A stretch of DNA of 64,000 nt, from positions 1,152,001 through 1,216,000 of the forward strand of contig OZ220732.1 of assembly GCA_965116905.1 (NCBI GenBank), written 5' to 3'. Positions 46,281 through 55,983 of this stretch are shown here, in pieces. Origin of the DNA: Longimicrobiales bacterium (GTDB lineage: Bacteria; Gemmatimonadota; Gemmatimonadetes; Longimicrobiales; Gaopeijiaceae). Each line of letters starts with the position of its first letter. Position 1 is the stretch's first letter. Under the pieces are notes generated by a model. It was given only the letters and a program-made list of their open reading frames with translations. It was not told where the DNA came from and ran no database searches. A program made the position numbers and the translations under genes.

Positions 46281-47354
46281 ATGCCCCGCATCCCAATACC
46301 GCCATGCACGGCGCTCAGAACCGCCTGGGGGTGGGCGCTTTCTTTCGTCGTTGCCGGCTCCACGACCGCATTCCACGTGAGCGCTCAGGAGACCGTGGAA
46401 AGCGCGACGGTCACTGTGACCGGCACCGTCGTGAACGGAGTGAACGGCGAACCCGTTGCCGGAGTCATCGTCGTTGCGGAGGCGCTGGACCGCACCTTCG
46501 TGACCGACGCCCAGGGGCAGTTCGTCTTCGCCGAAGTGCCCCGCGGGGTGTACGGAATCGACCTGATTCACAAGGACTACGAGCGCCTGGAGGGCAACCT
46601 TTCGATTGACCAGCCGGGGTCGTTCGTTCTCGCCATGACCCCGACGGTCGGGTCGGACGCAGGCTTGATGACGGGCATCGTGGGCTTCGTCACGGATCAG
46701 GTGAGCGGGGATCCCATTTCCGAGGTTGTGGTGAACGCGCCGCTTACCGGCCGTGTTGCCAGAACAGGTGCCGAGGGACGCTTCAGTCTGGCAGAGCTGT
46801 CCCCGGGGCGGCATGAGATCCGGTTTTCCCATCTCGGATACATCGAGCGCACGGAATCGATCGACGTCCAGATGGGCCGCGTCACCACGGTGCGGGTGGT
46901 CCTCGACGTCAACGCCATCTCGCTGGATGCCATCGAGGTCACCGTGGACAGGCGAGACGCAACCCTGGAGGACCGGGGGTTCTATCAGCGGGAAGAGGAT
47001 GGGTGGGGGTACTTCGTGGATCGGGAGGATCTGGAGGCCAGGAACCCGATCGAGCTGACGGATGCCCTGGACCGTTTTCCGGGGGTGAGGGTCGTCTACA
47101 ACCCCAGGGGCCCCGGTCAAAGGCACCTCCGACTCCGAAACTTCGGCGAAACGTGTTCCCCGACGATCTATATCGACGGCATCAGGATGATCGGTCTTGG
47201 GGGCATGTCCATCAACGACATGGTCGATCCATCGGTGGTTGCCGGAGTGGAGATGTATCGCGGTGTGGCCGGCAGACCGGCGGAGTACTGGGGTTCATCG
47301 TGTGGCGTCGTCCTCATCTGGCTCCGGCGGGGAGAAAGCCGACGGGCCAGATAG
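46281..47354 (+). CDS. Secreted protein: two carboxypeptidase-regulatory-like domains plus plug-like domain, no barrel
   Basis: GAGGA RBS; TDAQGQF and TGAEGRF domains; LDAIEVT; GFYQR; IYIDG...VAGVEMYRG...CGVVLIW. Confidence 0.78.
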   Translation: MPRIPIPPCTALRTAWGWALSFVVAGSTTAFHVSAQETVESATVTVTGTVVNGVNGEPVAGVIVVAEALDRTFVTDAQGQFVFAEVPRGVYGIDLIHKDYERLEGNLSIDQPGSFVLAMTPTVGSDAGLMTGIVGFVTDQVSGDPISEVVVNAPLTGRVARTGAEGRFSLAELSPGRHEIRFSHLGYIERTESIDVQMGRVTTVRVVLDVNAISLDAIEVTVDRRDATLEDRGFYQREEDGWGYFVDREDLEARNPIELTDALDRFPGVRVVYNPRGPGQRHLRLRNFGETCSPTIYIDGIRMIGLGGMSINDMVDPSVVAGVEMYRGVAGRPAEYWGSSCGVVLIWLRRGESRRAR

Positions 47355-47487
47355 CAGCCCTGCATCGGCGCCGAACGGTCTGGCGCGGACAGGCCCGTAT
47401 CCCCACCTTGTGAGGTTCAGCGCGTCCCGCGTTCCGGGAGAAACGCGCCAGCCAACCACTTGGCCTTCGGATGACGAGGAGCGAGCC

Positions 47488-47943
47488 ATGCGTGTCACGG
47501 TCGGATTGGGAATCGCGGTGATGGTGTTGGGTTGCGGCGGCGGAACGGGAGACAGTCAGGAAGCCGACGCCGGCGACGCCGGGATGGCCGACGAAGCCAT
47601 GGCGCCCGCCCGCGTGATGATCACCGCGCCCGCCGACGGCGCCGAGGTGGACGCCGGGCCGGTGGTCTTCGTCATGGAGACCGAGGGGCTCGAGATCGTG
47701 GCGGCCGGCGTCATGGATGCCGGTACGGGGCACCATCACCTGATCGTCGACGGCGATGTCGATTGGACGCTGCCGATTCCGAACGATCCCGGCGTCCACT
47801 ACCACATGGGCCTGGCCCAGACCGAGTTCACGATCGAGGACATGACGCCGGGCGAGCACCGGGTCATCGCGGTGGTTGCGGACGGCGTGCACATCCCCCT
47901 CGATCCCCCGGTGGCCGACACCATCACGGTCGTCGTTCGGTAG
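47488..47943 (+). CDS. DUF4399-like His-rich lipoprotein
   Basis: GAGGAG RBS; lipobox VLGC; GTGHHHLIVD, HYHMG, PGEH, ADGVHIP. Confidence 0.8.
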   Translation: MRVTVGLGIAVMVLGCGGGTGDSQEADAGDAGMADEAMAPARVMITAPADGAEVDAGPVVFVMETEGLEIVAAGVMDAGTGHHHLIVDGDVDWTLPIPNDPGVHYHMGLAQTEFTIEDMTPGEHRVIAVVADGVHIPLDPPVADTITVVVR

Positions 47944-47949
47944 CACGCC

Positions 47950-49458
47950 GTGGCAGGAATCCCCGCAGTATCGAAAGGGCGACGCGGGGGCACGCGGCAG
48001 AACGGGCGATCGCCGCGGGCGCGGATCGCGTGGAATGCGCCGGCCCCTGCGCGGGCCCCTGCATGGTTCATGGCTGGCGTGGCCCTCATGGTTGGCGTGG
48101 CCTTCATGGTGGCCGGGTGCACCGATCTCGCCGACCGGGGTGTCGCTGCGCGTGTGGATGACTGGACGCTGAGCGAGGAGCGTCTGGCCGAACTGATCGT
48201 GCTGGCCCAGCCCTTCCCGCTGGACTCCGCCGCGGTGCACGAGCTGGCCGTCCACTGGGTGGCTGGCGCGGCCTTGTCGCTCAGGGCTGCGGCCGGAGAC
48301 TCGCTGGCGGGCTCCGAGGCGCTCGCGGAATCGACCTGGCTGGAGCAGCGGGAGGCGATGCTCGCGCTTGATCGCGAGGAGCGCCTCGCCGGCTCCGTGG
48401 CGTTGGACGATCTGGCTGTCGAGCGCACCTTCAATCAGGGAACGCTGCGGCTGATCGCGCACGTCCTGAGGCGTGTGGGCCCGGAGACCTCGTCCAGCGA
48501 GCGGCTGCTTCAGCAGCGGACCGCCGAGCGCCTGCTTTCCGTGCTGGTCGAGGGTGGATCCTGGACCCAGCTCGTGGCCGAGAGCGAGGATCCGGTGTCG
48601 CGCCAGGCGGGTGGACTCCTGGGCCTGTTCGGTCCGGGCGAGTTGCCCGGTACGCTCGACCGAACCGCGTTCAGGCTGGAGCCCGGACAGGTTTCCGGCG
48701 TGACCCAGAGCAGCGACGGCTACCACATCCTCTATCGTCCCCGGTTCGAGGAGGTGGGATCGCTGTTCGCGAGCCGGCTGTACCAGCGGCGCCTGATCGA
48801 GGCGGACATGGCGGCCGCGGAGAGCGATCGGACCACGCGCGCCTTCGCCGTGCCGCCGGGTGCCTCGACCGTCGTGGGGGTCATGGTGACGGACCCCTCG
48901 CAGTGGCTGGACTCGCAACAGCCGCTGGCAACGTGGGAAGCGGCGCCGGATGACGAAGACTCGGCGGACGCGGCGGACGAGGCGGGCGCGGCGGACGAGG
49001 CGGGCGCACTGCCGGCAGGCACCGTCGCCCGCTACATGTTCTTCCTGCCGCCGGAGTCACTCGCGGAACTGGCCGAAGCCGGGCAGGAGGCGCGCACGCG
49101 CTTCGTGCGCGACCTGGGCATGCGCGAGTTGCGCCTGGCCGATGCGGCCGCACGGGGGCTGACGCTGGATCCTGCGGCTCTCCAGGACTATGCACGCCTC
49201 CACGCGGACGAGATGGAGTACTGGACCCGCGCCCTGGAATTGGACGCACCCGACGCCCCGTCACGAGACGCGCTGGCCCGGCACATGGAGTCGCTGGTCT
49301 CGCGCCGCGAGGATGCGCGGTCGCTCCCGCCGCTGCTGGAGGCGTGGCTGCTGGGCCGGACCGAGTCCCGGGTACGGGGGCGAGGCGTCCTGGCCGCGAT
49401 CGTGCTGGCGCGCGGCATGCTCACGGAAGCGGGCGGCACGACCGGCACCGATCCGTGA
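47950..49458 (+). CDS. Parvulin/rotamase-domain (PPIase) lipoprotein
   Basis: Lipobox VAGC; HVL...SED...GGLLG...AFRLEPGQVSGVTQSSDGYHIL. Start uncertain (47950 or 48070). Confidence 0.75.
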   Translation: MAGIPAVSKGRRGGTRQNGRSPRARIAWNAPAPARAPAWFMAGVALMVGVAFMVAGCTDLADRGVAARVDDWTLSEERLAELIVLAQPFPLDSAAVHELAVHWVAGAALSLRAAAGDSLAGSEALAESTWLEQREAMLALDREERLAGSVALDDLAVERTFNQGTLRLIAHVLRRVGPETSSSERLLQQRTAERLLSVLVEGGSWTQLVAESEDPVSRQAGGLLGLFGPGELPGTLDRTAFRLEPGQVSGVTQSSDGYHILYRPRFEEVGSLFASRLYQRRLIEADMAAAESDRTTRAFAVPPGASTVVGVMVTDPSQWLDSQQPLATWEAAPDDEDSADAADEAGAADEAGALPAGTVARYMFFLPPESLAELAEAGQEARTRFVRDLGMRELRLADAAARGLTLDPAALQDYARLHADEMEYWTRALELDAPDAPSRDALARHMESLVSRREDARSLPPLLEAWLLGRTESRVRGRGVLAAIVLARGMLTEAGGTTGTDP

Positions 49459-50639
49459 GCAGCCGGGTCGCACCCGTCGCGGCGACGATCTGCTGCGTCG
49501 CGCTGTGGGCGTGCGGGACCGACCCGGCTGAACCGCCGCCCGCACCGGGTGAGCCCGTCGCGGGGCTGAGCACGGGCGAACGCGGGCGCTTCCTCGTCGG
49601 CCGTGCGCTGTTCGAGCGTCTCGCGACTGCCGACGAGGGACTCGGCCCCCTCTACAACGCCGAACGCTGCAGCGACTGTCACGACCAGCCCGCAGTGGGG
49701 GGCGGCGGCACGCAGCGGTTCCGCGTCCTCAAGGCGACCCGCTTCGCGGACGGCCGCTGCGACCTGCTCCGGGCCGAGGGCGGCGACAACATCCAGCGCC
49801 GCGCGACCGACCTCCTCGTTGCGCACGGGATGGGCCCCGAGATCGTCCCCCCCACGGCCACCGACACCGCGCTCATGACCGCGCCGCCGCTGTTCGGCCT
49901 CGGCCTCGTCGAAGCGGTGCCCGACGCGGTCCTCGCGGAGAGCGCCGACCCGGACGACCTGGACGGTGACGGCATCTCGGGGCGACTGCCGCGCCTGCCG
50001 GACGGCCGCACGGCACGATTCGGGCGCAAAGGCGACGCCGCGACGCTGGAAGACTTCGTCGACACGGCCCTGCGGTTCGAACTGGGCTTCACCACCGCCG
50101 CGCACCCCGCCGAAGAGGCGCGCAACGGCATCGCCGTGCCCGGCGCGGCGGATCCCATGCCCGACCCCGAAATCGACGCCGCCACGATGGGCCAGCTCAC
50201 CGATTACGTGCGGTTCCTGGCGCCGCCGGCCCCGGAAGCCGACCTGCCTCCCGCCGTCCGGGACACGGTGGCGCGCGGCGGCGCGCTCTTCCGCCAGATC
50301 GGCTGCGCCTCATGCCACCGGGAAGAGCTTCGCACGGGTTCCTCATCGTCCCCGGCGCTCGCGAACCGGACCATCCGGCCCTGGTCGGATCTGCTCCTGC
50401 ACGATCTGGGCCCGGGGCTGGCGGATGTCTGCGGCGTGGACGCCTCGCCCACCGAACTGCGCACGGCCCCGCTGTGGGGACTGCGTCACCGCACCCGCTA
50501 TCTGCACGATGGCAGGGCAGCGGACATCGCGGCCGCCATCTCGGCCCACGGAGGCGAAGCCGCGGCCGCCCGCGACGCCTTTCTGTCGCTGCCGGACGAC
50601 ACGCGCCTGGCGATCGTCCGCTTCCTGAACTCGTTGTGA
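49455..50639 (+). CDS. Di-haem oxidoreductase (DHOR-type) lipoprotein, copy 1
   Basis: GTGA overlap; LWAC lipobox; GLGPLYN, CSDCH, DPDDLDGDGISGR, CASCH, SDLLLHDLG, RTAPLWG, YLHDGRA. Confidence 0.88.
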   Translation: MSSRVAPVAATICCVALWACGTDPAEPPPAPGEPVAGLSTGERGRFLVGRALFERLATADEGLGPLYNAERCSDCHDQPAVGGGGTQRFRVLKATRFADGRCDLLRAEGGDNIQRRATDLLVAHGMGPEIVPPTATDTALMTAPPLFGLGLVEAVPDAVLAESADPDDLDGDGISGRLPRLPDGRTARFGRKGDAATLEDFVDTALRFELGFTTAAHPAEEARNGIAVPGAADPMPDPEIDAATMGQLTDYVRFLAPPAPEADLPPAVRDTVARGGALFRQIGCASCHREELRTGSSSSPALANRTIRPWSDLLLHDLGPGLADVCGVDASPTELRTAPLWGLRHRTRYLHDGRAADIAAAISAHGGEAAAARDAFLSLPDDTRLAIVRFLNSL

Positions 50640-50647
50640 GGCATGCT

Positions 50648-52144
50648 ATGCGTTGGAATGTCAAGCGTAGTTTACACTATGTAATCTTTAGTTTACTTCT
50701 TCTGGCGCCGCAGCCCGCCCCGGCCCTTCAATTGGCTGCGCAGACGAGTGCCGCGGAGACGAGCCAGGCCATCGACGGGGTGTTCGCGGAGTACGACCGT
50801 ACAAGCGGCCCCGGCTGCGCGGTGGGCGTGGCCGAGGCCGGGCGGCTGATCTTCGCCCGCGGGTACGGAATCGGGCAGATGGACCACCGGATCCCGCTCA
50901 GCGGGGAGTCGGTCTTCTACCTCGCGTCGGTGTCCAAGCAGTTCGCGGCCGCCGCGATCCTCATCGCCGAGCACGAAGGCGACCTGTCGCTGGACGATCC
51001 GGTCAGCGCCCACATCCCCGAGTTTCCCGCCTATGCGCAGGGCGCCGTCACGATCCGCCATCTGGTCCATCACACCGGCGGCGTGCGCGACTACCTCACC
51101 CTGATGAGGCTGGCGGGCACGCCGTACGAGAACATCCTGACCGACGAGGACATGCTGGGGCTGATCACGCGCCAGCGAGAGCTCAACTTCGTGCCGGGCA
51201 CCGAGCACCTGTACAGCAACTCCGGTTACGTGCTCCTGGCCGAGATCGTAAGGCGTGCGACCGGACGGTCTCTGCGGGAGTACGCGGACGAGAAGATGTT
51301 TCGCCCGCTCGGCATGTCCAACACGCACTTCCACGACGACCGCTTCCAGGTCGTGCCCGGCCGGGTATTCAGCTACGACCCGCCCGCGGACGGGGACCCC
51401 CGCCCCGGCACGCAAGGCGGCTGGCGCACCAGCTACCTGATCGACTTCGACAAGGTCGGAGACGGGGGACTGTACTCGTCGGTGGAAGATCTGGCGAAGT
51501 GGGACCGCGCCTTCTACGAGGACGTGCTGGGCGTGCCCGGGTTCGCCGAGCGCATGTACCGCCGCGGCGTCCTGGCCGGAGGCGACACGATCGCATATGC
51601 CCGCGGACTCAGCGTCGGCGAGCGGCGGGGCCTTGCGCGCGTCTCGCACGGCGGCGGCTTCATGGCCTTCCGCACGATGATCGCCAGGTATCCGGAACAG
51701 CGCACGACGGTGATCACCCTCTGCAACGTCGGCACCGCGCAACCGGGGGCTCTCAGCGCCGCCGTGGAAGACATCGTCCTGGCCGACGCGTTCACGGAGG
51801 CACCGGAAGAACGCGTGGCGCCGGCCGCCCCTGCGGGCGGGCCTGGCGCGGCCGCCGCACCGTCCTTCGCCGTTTCCGAAACCGCGGTCGAGGCGCTCGC
51901 CGGCACGTACCATTCGCCGGAACTGGACGCCACCTGGCGACTCGAGGCCGACGGCACCCGGCTCCTGCTCCATCACCCGCGCGGCGACACGGAAACGCTC
52001 ACGGCCCGGCGCGAAGGCGTGTTCGGCTCCGGCGGCATCGAGTTCGCGTTCGAGCGCGAGCGCGAGGGCGGACGGGGCGTGGCCTTCCTCCTCGCGGCGG
52101 GCAGGGTGCGCAACCTGCGCTTCGAACGCACAGACCGTCCGTAG
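50648..52144 (+). CDS. Serine hydrolase, beta-lactamase/S12 fold, secreted
   Basis: GAGG RBS; signal peptide; SVSK, YSN, HGG motifs. Confidence 0.87.
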   Translation: MRWNVKRSLHYVIFSLLLLAPQPAPALQLAAQTSAAETSQAIDGVFAEYDRTSGPGCAVGVAEAGRLIFARGYGIGQMDHRIPLSGESVFYLASVSKQFAAAAILIAEHEGDLSLDDPVSAHIPEFPAYAQGAVTIRHLVHHTGGVRDYLTLMRLAGTPYENILTDEDMLGLITRQRELNFVPGTEHLYSNSGYVLLAEIVRRATGRSLREYADEKMFRPLGMSNTHFHDDRFQVVPGRVFSYDPPADGDPRPGTQGGWRTSYLIDFDKVGDGGLYSSVEDLAKWDRAFYEDVLGVPGFAERMYRRGVLAGGDTIAYARGLSVGERRGLARVSHGGGFMAFRTMIARYPEQRTTVITLCNVGTAQPGALSAAVEDIVLADAFTEAPEERVAPAAPAGGPGAAAAPSFAVSETAVEALAGTYHSPELDATWRLEADGTRLLLHHPRGDTETLTARREGVFGSGGIEFAFEREREGGRGVAFLLAAGRVRNLRFERTDRP

Positions 52145-52210
52145 CGGCGGCGGCCCCTCCCGCAGCGCCGCTCGAATGCCGTGGGGGTTTTGTCCGCAGC
52201 CCCCAGACCC

Positions 52211-52238
52211 TTGACCGCATCGGACGGGATTCTAGTTT
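52211..52238 (+). promoter_or_regulatory. Possible sigma70 promoter TTGACC-N16-TAGTTT
   Basis: About 50 bp upstream of the ABC ATPase start. Confidence 0.35.
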
Positions 52239-52290
52239 GTTGTGCGGCACGCGGTCGCGCCAAATGTTTCTGGCTACCTGACGGAGCCCG

Positions 52291-53343
52291 ATGGTCCACC
52301 TGAGCGACGTCACCAAATACTACGGCAAGAAGCGGGCGCTGGGCCCCGTTTCGTTCGAGATCGAGCGGGGCGACACGGTCGGCTTCCTCGGGCTCAACGG
52401 CGTCGGCAAGACCACGCTGCTCAAGATCCTCGCCTGCGGGCTCCGGCCGTCCTCCGGGACGGTCACGATCGACGGCCTGGACATCCTCGAAAAGCCCCAC
52501 GACGTGCGGAAGCGCGTGGGATACCTTCCCGAGCTTCCTCCCGTGTACGGCGACATGACCGTGGGGGACTACCTGCACTTCGCGGGCCGGATTCGCGGCC
52601 TGGGGCCCGAAGCCGTCGCCCGGCGCGTCCCCGAGGTCGAGGAGTACGCGCGCATCACCGAGGTGCACGACATGCCGACCCGAAACCTCTCGCAGGGCTA
52701 TCGGCAGCGGGTCGGCGTCGCGCAAGCGATCATCCACGACCCGGACCTCCTCATCCTGGACGAGCCCACGCACGATCTCGACCCGGTCCAGATCATGGAG
52801 ATGCGGGGCATGATCCGCGCCCTGAAGGACTCCCACACGATCCTCATTTCCAGCCACATCCTCCCCGAGATCAGCCAGACGTGCGACCGCCTCCTGATCC
52901 TCAACGACGGCGAGATCGTGGCGTCGGGGACCGAGGCCGAGCTGGGGGACACGCTGCTTCGGTCCCGAGGCATGGTCGTGACGGTGCGGCCGGCCGGGAC
53001 CGCGGGCACCGACGCGAGCGCCGGGGCGGACGGGAGTGCGGGAGCGGACGGGGTTGCGGGCGGAGACGCCGACGCCGACGCGGCCGCACATGCCGCGGTC
53101 GAGGCGCTGGAGCGCCTGATCCTTTCGGTGCCGGGCGTGACCGGGGTGGGCCTCCCGGACCGGCCGGAGCGCGCGATCACCGCCGCCGGCGCCCTCGCCA
53201 TCCGCGTCAGCGGCGAAGCCGATGTGCGCGCATCCGTGTGCCGTGCCCTGGTCGAGGCGGGACATGACGTGATCGGGCTCACCCGGGCCGAACGCGAACT
53301 CGAGCGCGTCTTCGTCGAGCTCGTGGGCCGGGCGGAGGCATGA
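52291..53343 (+). CDS. ABC transporter ATP-binding protein, GldA-like
   Basis: GLNGVGKTT, LSQGYRQR, LILDEP, SSHIL. Confidence 0.92.
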   Translation: MVHLSDVTKYYGKKRALGPVSFEIERGDTVGFLGLNGVGKTTLLKILACGLRPSSGTVTIDGLDILEKPHDVRKRVGYLPELPPVYGDMTVGDYLHFAGRIRGLGPEAVARRVPEVEEYARITEVHDMPTRNLSQGYRQRVGVAQAIIHDPDLLILDEPTHDLDPVQIMEMRGMIRALKDSHTILISSHILPEISQTCDRLLILNDGEIVASGTEAELGDTLLRSRGMVVTVRPAGTAGTDASAGADGSAGADGVAGGDADADAAAHAAVEALERLILSVPGVTGVGLPDRPERAITAAGALAIRVSGEADVRASVCRALVEAGHDVIGLTRAERELERVFVELVGRAEA

Positions 53344-54077
53344 GCATGGGCGCCACCGGCATCATCTTCCGGCGAGAGTTCGGCGCCTACGTGCGCTCGC
53401 CGATGGGGTACATCGTGGCGGCGGTCGTGCTTCTCCTCGACGGCATCCTCTTCTACGCCCTCGCCCTCGGCCCCAGAGCCGGCGAAAGCCTCTCGGGCGA
53501 GGTCCTGATGGGGTTCTTCTACTACGCCAGCGGCCTGACCGCGATCGCGGCGGTAGCCCTCTCGATCCGCCTCATCGCCGAGGAGCGGGCGGCCGGCACG
53601 CAGCTCCTGCTGAACACGTCTCCCGTGCGCGACTGGGAGATCGTGCTGGGCAAGTTCCTCTCCGCGCTGGCGTTCCTGTCCGCCATCACGGTGGCGACGC
53701 TGTACATGCCGCTCATGATCCTGGTGAACGGGAAGATCGCCTTCGGCCATATCGTGGTCGGCTACCTGGGTCTCACGTTCCTCGGCGCGGCGGTCCTCTC
53801 GATCGGGCTGTTCTCCACCGCCCTGACGCGGCACCAGCTGGTCGCGGCGGCTTCGGCGTCGGTGATCACCGGTACGCTCTTCCTGCTGTGGCCGCTTTCG
53901 CAGATCGTCGGTCCGCCCCTGTCGCGGGTCTTCGCGGCGCTGGCGATCCACGGCCGCCATTGGGCGGGCTTCCAGCAGGGGCTCTTCCACCTCCGCGACG
54001 TCGTCTACTATGCGGCGCTCACCTACTTCTTCCTGTACGCGGCCACGAAGGTGATGGAGGCGAAGCGATGGGAATGA
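53340..54077 (+). CDS. ABC-2 permease, GldF-like
   Basis: RREFGAYVRSPMGY, EERAAGTQLLLNTSPVRDWEIVLGKF; six hydrophobic segments. Confidence 0.88.
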   Translation: MSMGATGIIFRREFGAYVRSPMGYIVAAVVLLLDGILFYALALGPRAGESLSGEVLMGFFYYASGLTAIAAVALSIRLIAEERAAGTQLLLNTSPVRDWEIVLGKFLSALAFLSAITVATLYMPLMILVNGKIAFGHIVVGYLGLTFLGAAVLSIGLFSTALTRHQLVAAASASVITGTLFLLWPLSQIVGPPLSRVFAALAIHGRHWAGFQQGLFHLRDVVYYAALTYFFLYAATKVMEAKRWE

Positions 54078-54084
54078 GGACACG

Positions 54085-55983
54085 ATGAAGCGGTCGTCAC
54101 TCACCTGGCTCCAGCTCGCGGGGCTGGCCGCCGTCTTCGCGGGCGCCCGGGTTTTCGACGGAGTCGTGTGGCTGCGGCTGCCCCTTATCCTGGCCGGCGG
54201 TCTGGCCGTGGTGCTCGTCGCGGCGCTTCGCTTTACCGCGTGGCGGGGTGCCGAGGGGGAGCGACGCGCGATCGACGCCGTCTTCGCGTTCGGGGCCATC
54301 GGCTGCGTGATTGCGCTGCTGGGTTTCGTCCCGGGTTCGGACGACGGCCTGGAGTTCCTGGGGCTGGACTTCGAAGGCATCCGCGAGCAGCTGCGCTTCA
54401 AGCGGTTCTTCCAGCTGGCGTCGCCGATCGTGCTCGCATGCTCGCTGCTGCCCGTGCTCGGGGCGGAGTGGGCGCTGGCGAAGGGGGGGTCCGCGGGCGC
54501 GCTTCGGGTGGACGCCAGGCGCGTGAGGGAAACCGCCGGGAACGCCCTGAGCCTCGCACTCGGGGGCGCGGCTCTCGTGCTGATCGGGTACGTCACCTCG
54601 GCCCTCAACAGGACCGCCGACTTCTCCTACTTCAAAACCTCGAGCCCGGGAGAATCGGTCCAGGAGATCGTCCGGAACATGGACGGGACGCTGGAAGCCG
54701 CGGTCTTCTTCCCCGAGGTGAACGCGGTCAAGGACGAGGTGCTCAACTACCTGCGCGAGCTGGCGCGGGCGACCGGCAACGTCGTCGTCGAGGAATACGA
54801 CCGCTACGCCGATCCCGAGGCGGCGGCGGCCTACGAGGTGCGCGGCGACGGCGTGGTCGTGCTGCGGGTGAACGGGAGGTCCGAACGGATCGCCTTCCAG
54901 CTGCTGCTGAGCGAGGCCCGCGGACAGCTGCGGATCCTGGACAGCCATGTGCAGCAGGTGCTCCTGCAGCTGACGCGCGAGCGGCGCTTCGCGTACCTGA
55001 CGACCGGCCACGGGGAATTGAACGATCCGCTGGCGAGCGAGGAGGAGCCGGAGCGGCCGGACATGACCGAACCCTGGCGCCCCGGACAGGAGTCGCGGTT
55101 CGAGCAGGGTCCGCCGCTGCGAGCGCTGAGGGAGCTGCTCGAGTTCCTCAACTACGAGGTCCGGGACATCGGCGTGCGGAGGGGGCTGGGCGACCGCATC
55201 CCCGACGACGCGGCGATGGTCATGATCATCGGCCCGCAGCGCGCGTTCCTCGAAGCCGAGCGGAACGCGATCCGCGAGTACCTGGACCGGGGCGGGTCGC
55301 TGCTGGTGGCGCTGGAGCCGGGCTCCGACTTCCGCCTGGAGGAGTTTCGCGACCAGCTGGGTGTCGACCACGATCCCGCCATGACGATCAACGACGACCG
55401 CCACCTGCGCCTCACGGGGGCGGTCAGCGAACGGCGCAACATCATTACGAACCGCTTCTCGGCCCACGCATCGGTCACCACAGCCAGTCGACAGGGCGTC
55501 ACCCAGGGGATCGCGCTGTTCGGACCCGGCCGCGTCACGGTGGCCGAGGACGTGGAGGGGCTGCGCACCAGCCTGATCATCAGCACCGATCCGTCAAGCT
55601 ACCAGGACAGGAACGGCAACTTCCGCTTCGACGAGGAGACGGAGGTGAAGGAGAGCTTCGGCGTGGCGGCGGCGGTCGAGCGGATGGCGGAGGACGCCCC
55701 CGACATGCGCGCCCTGGTCTACGGGGACGCGGAGATCTTCTCGGACGAAGTTCTGGTTGCATTGCAGTTCAACGCCTTCCTGGTCGCGGACGGCATCCGC
55801 TGGCTGGGGCGCGAGGAGCTGTTTTCGGGCGAGGTCGTGTCGGAGGAAGACGTGCCGATCCTCCATACGCGCTCCGAGAACGTCGTCTGGTTCTACGCGA
55901 TCATCTTCGCCGCGCCTGCGCTGGTGCTGGGCCTTGGGCTGACCGCCCTCTACGGCCGCCGGTCGAAGCGAGTCGGGGAATGA
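54085..55983 (+). CDS. GldG-like ABC auxiliary protein
   Basis: N-terminal TM helices; YLTTGHGE; IIGPQRAF; YLDRGGSLLVALEP; C-terminal TM helix. Confidence 0.82.
   Translation: MKRSSLTWLQLAGLAAVFAGARVFDGVVWLRLPLILAGGLAVVLVAALRFTAWRGAEGERRAIDAVFAFGAIGCVIALLGFVPGSDDGLEFLGLDFEGIREQLRFKRFFQLASPIVLACSLLPVLGAEWALAKGGSAGALRVDARRVRETAGNALSLALGGAALVLIGYVTSALNRTADFSYFKTSSPGESVQEIVRNMDGTLEAAVFFPEVNAVKDEVLNYLRELARATGNVVVEEYDRYADPEAAAAYEVRGDGVVVLRVNGRSERIAFQLLLSEARGQLRILDSHVQQVLLQLTRERRFAYLTTGHGELNDPLASEEEPERPDMTEPWRPGQESRFEQGPPLRALRELLEFLNYEVRDIGVRRGLGDRIPDDAAMVMIIGPQRAFLEAERNAIREYLDRGGSLLVALEPGSDFRLEEFRDQLGVDHDPAMTINDDRHLRLTGAVSERRNIITNRFSAHASVTTASRQGVTQGIALFGPGRVTVAEDVEGLRTSLIISTDPSSYQDRNGNFRFDEETEVKESFGVAAAVERMAEDAPDMRALVYGDAEIFSDEVLVALQFNAFLVADGIRWLGREELFSGEVVSEEDVPILHTRSENVVWFYAIIFAAPALVLGLGLTALYGRRSKRVGE

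Noticed and set aside
25566..52144. Beta-lactam resistance genes
   Set aside because: SxxK/YxN/HGG with C-terminal extensions fits general S12 serine hydrolases; class C beta-lactamases have KTG.
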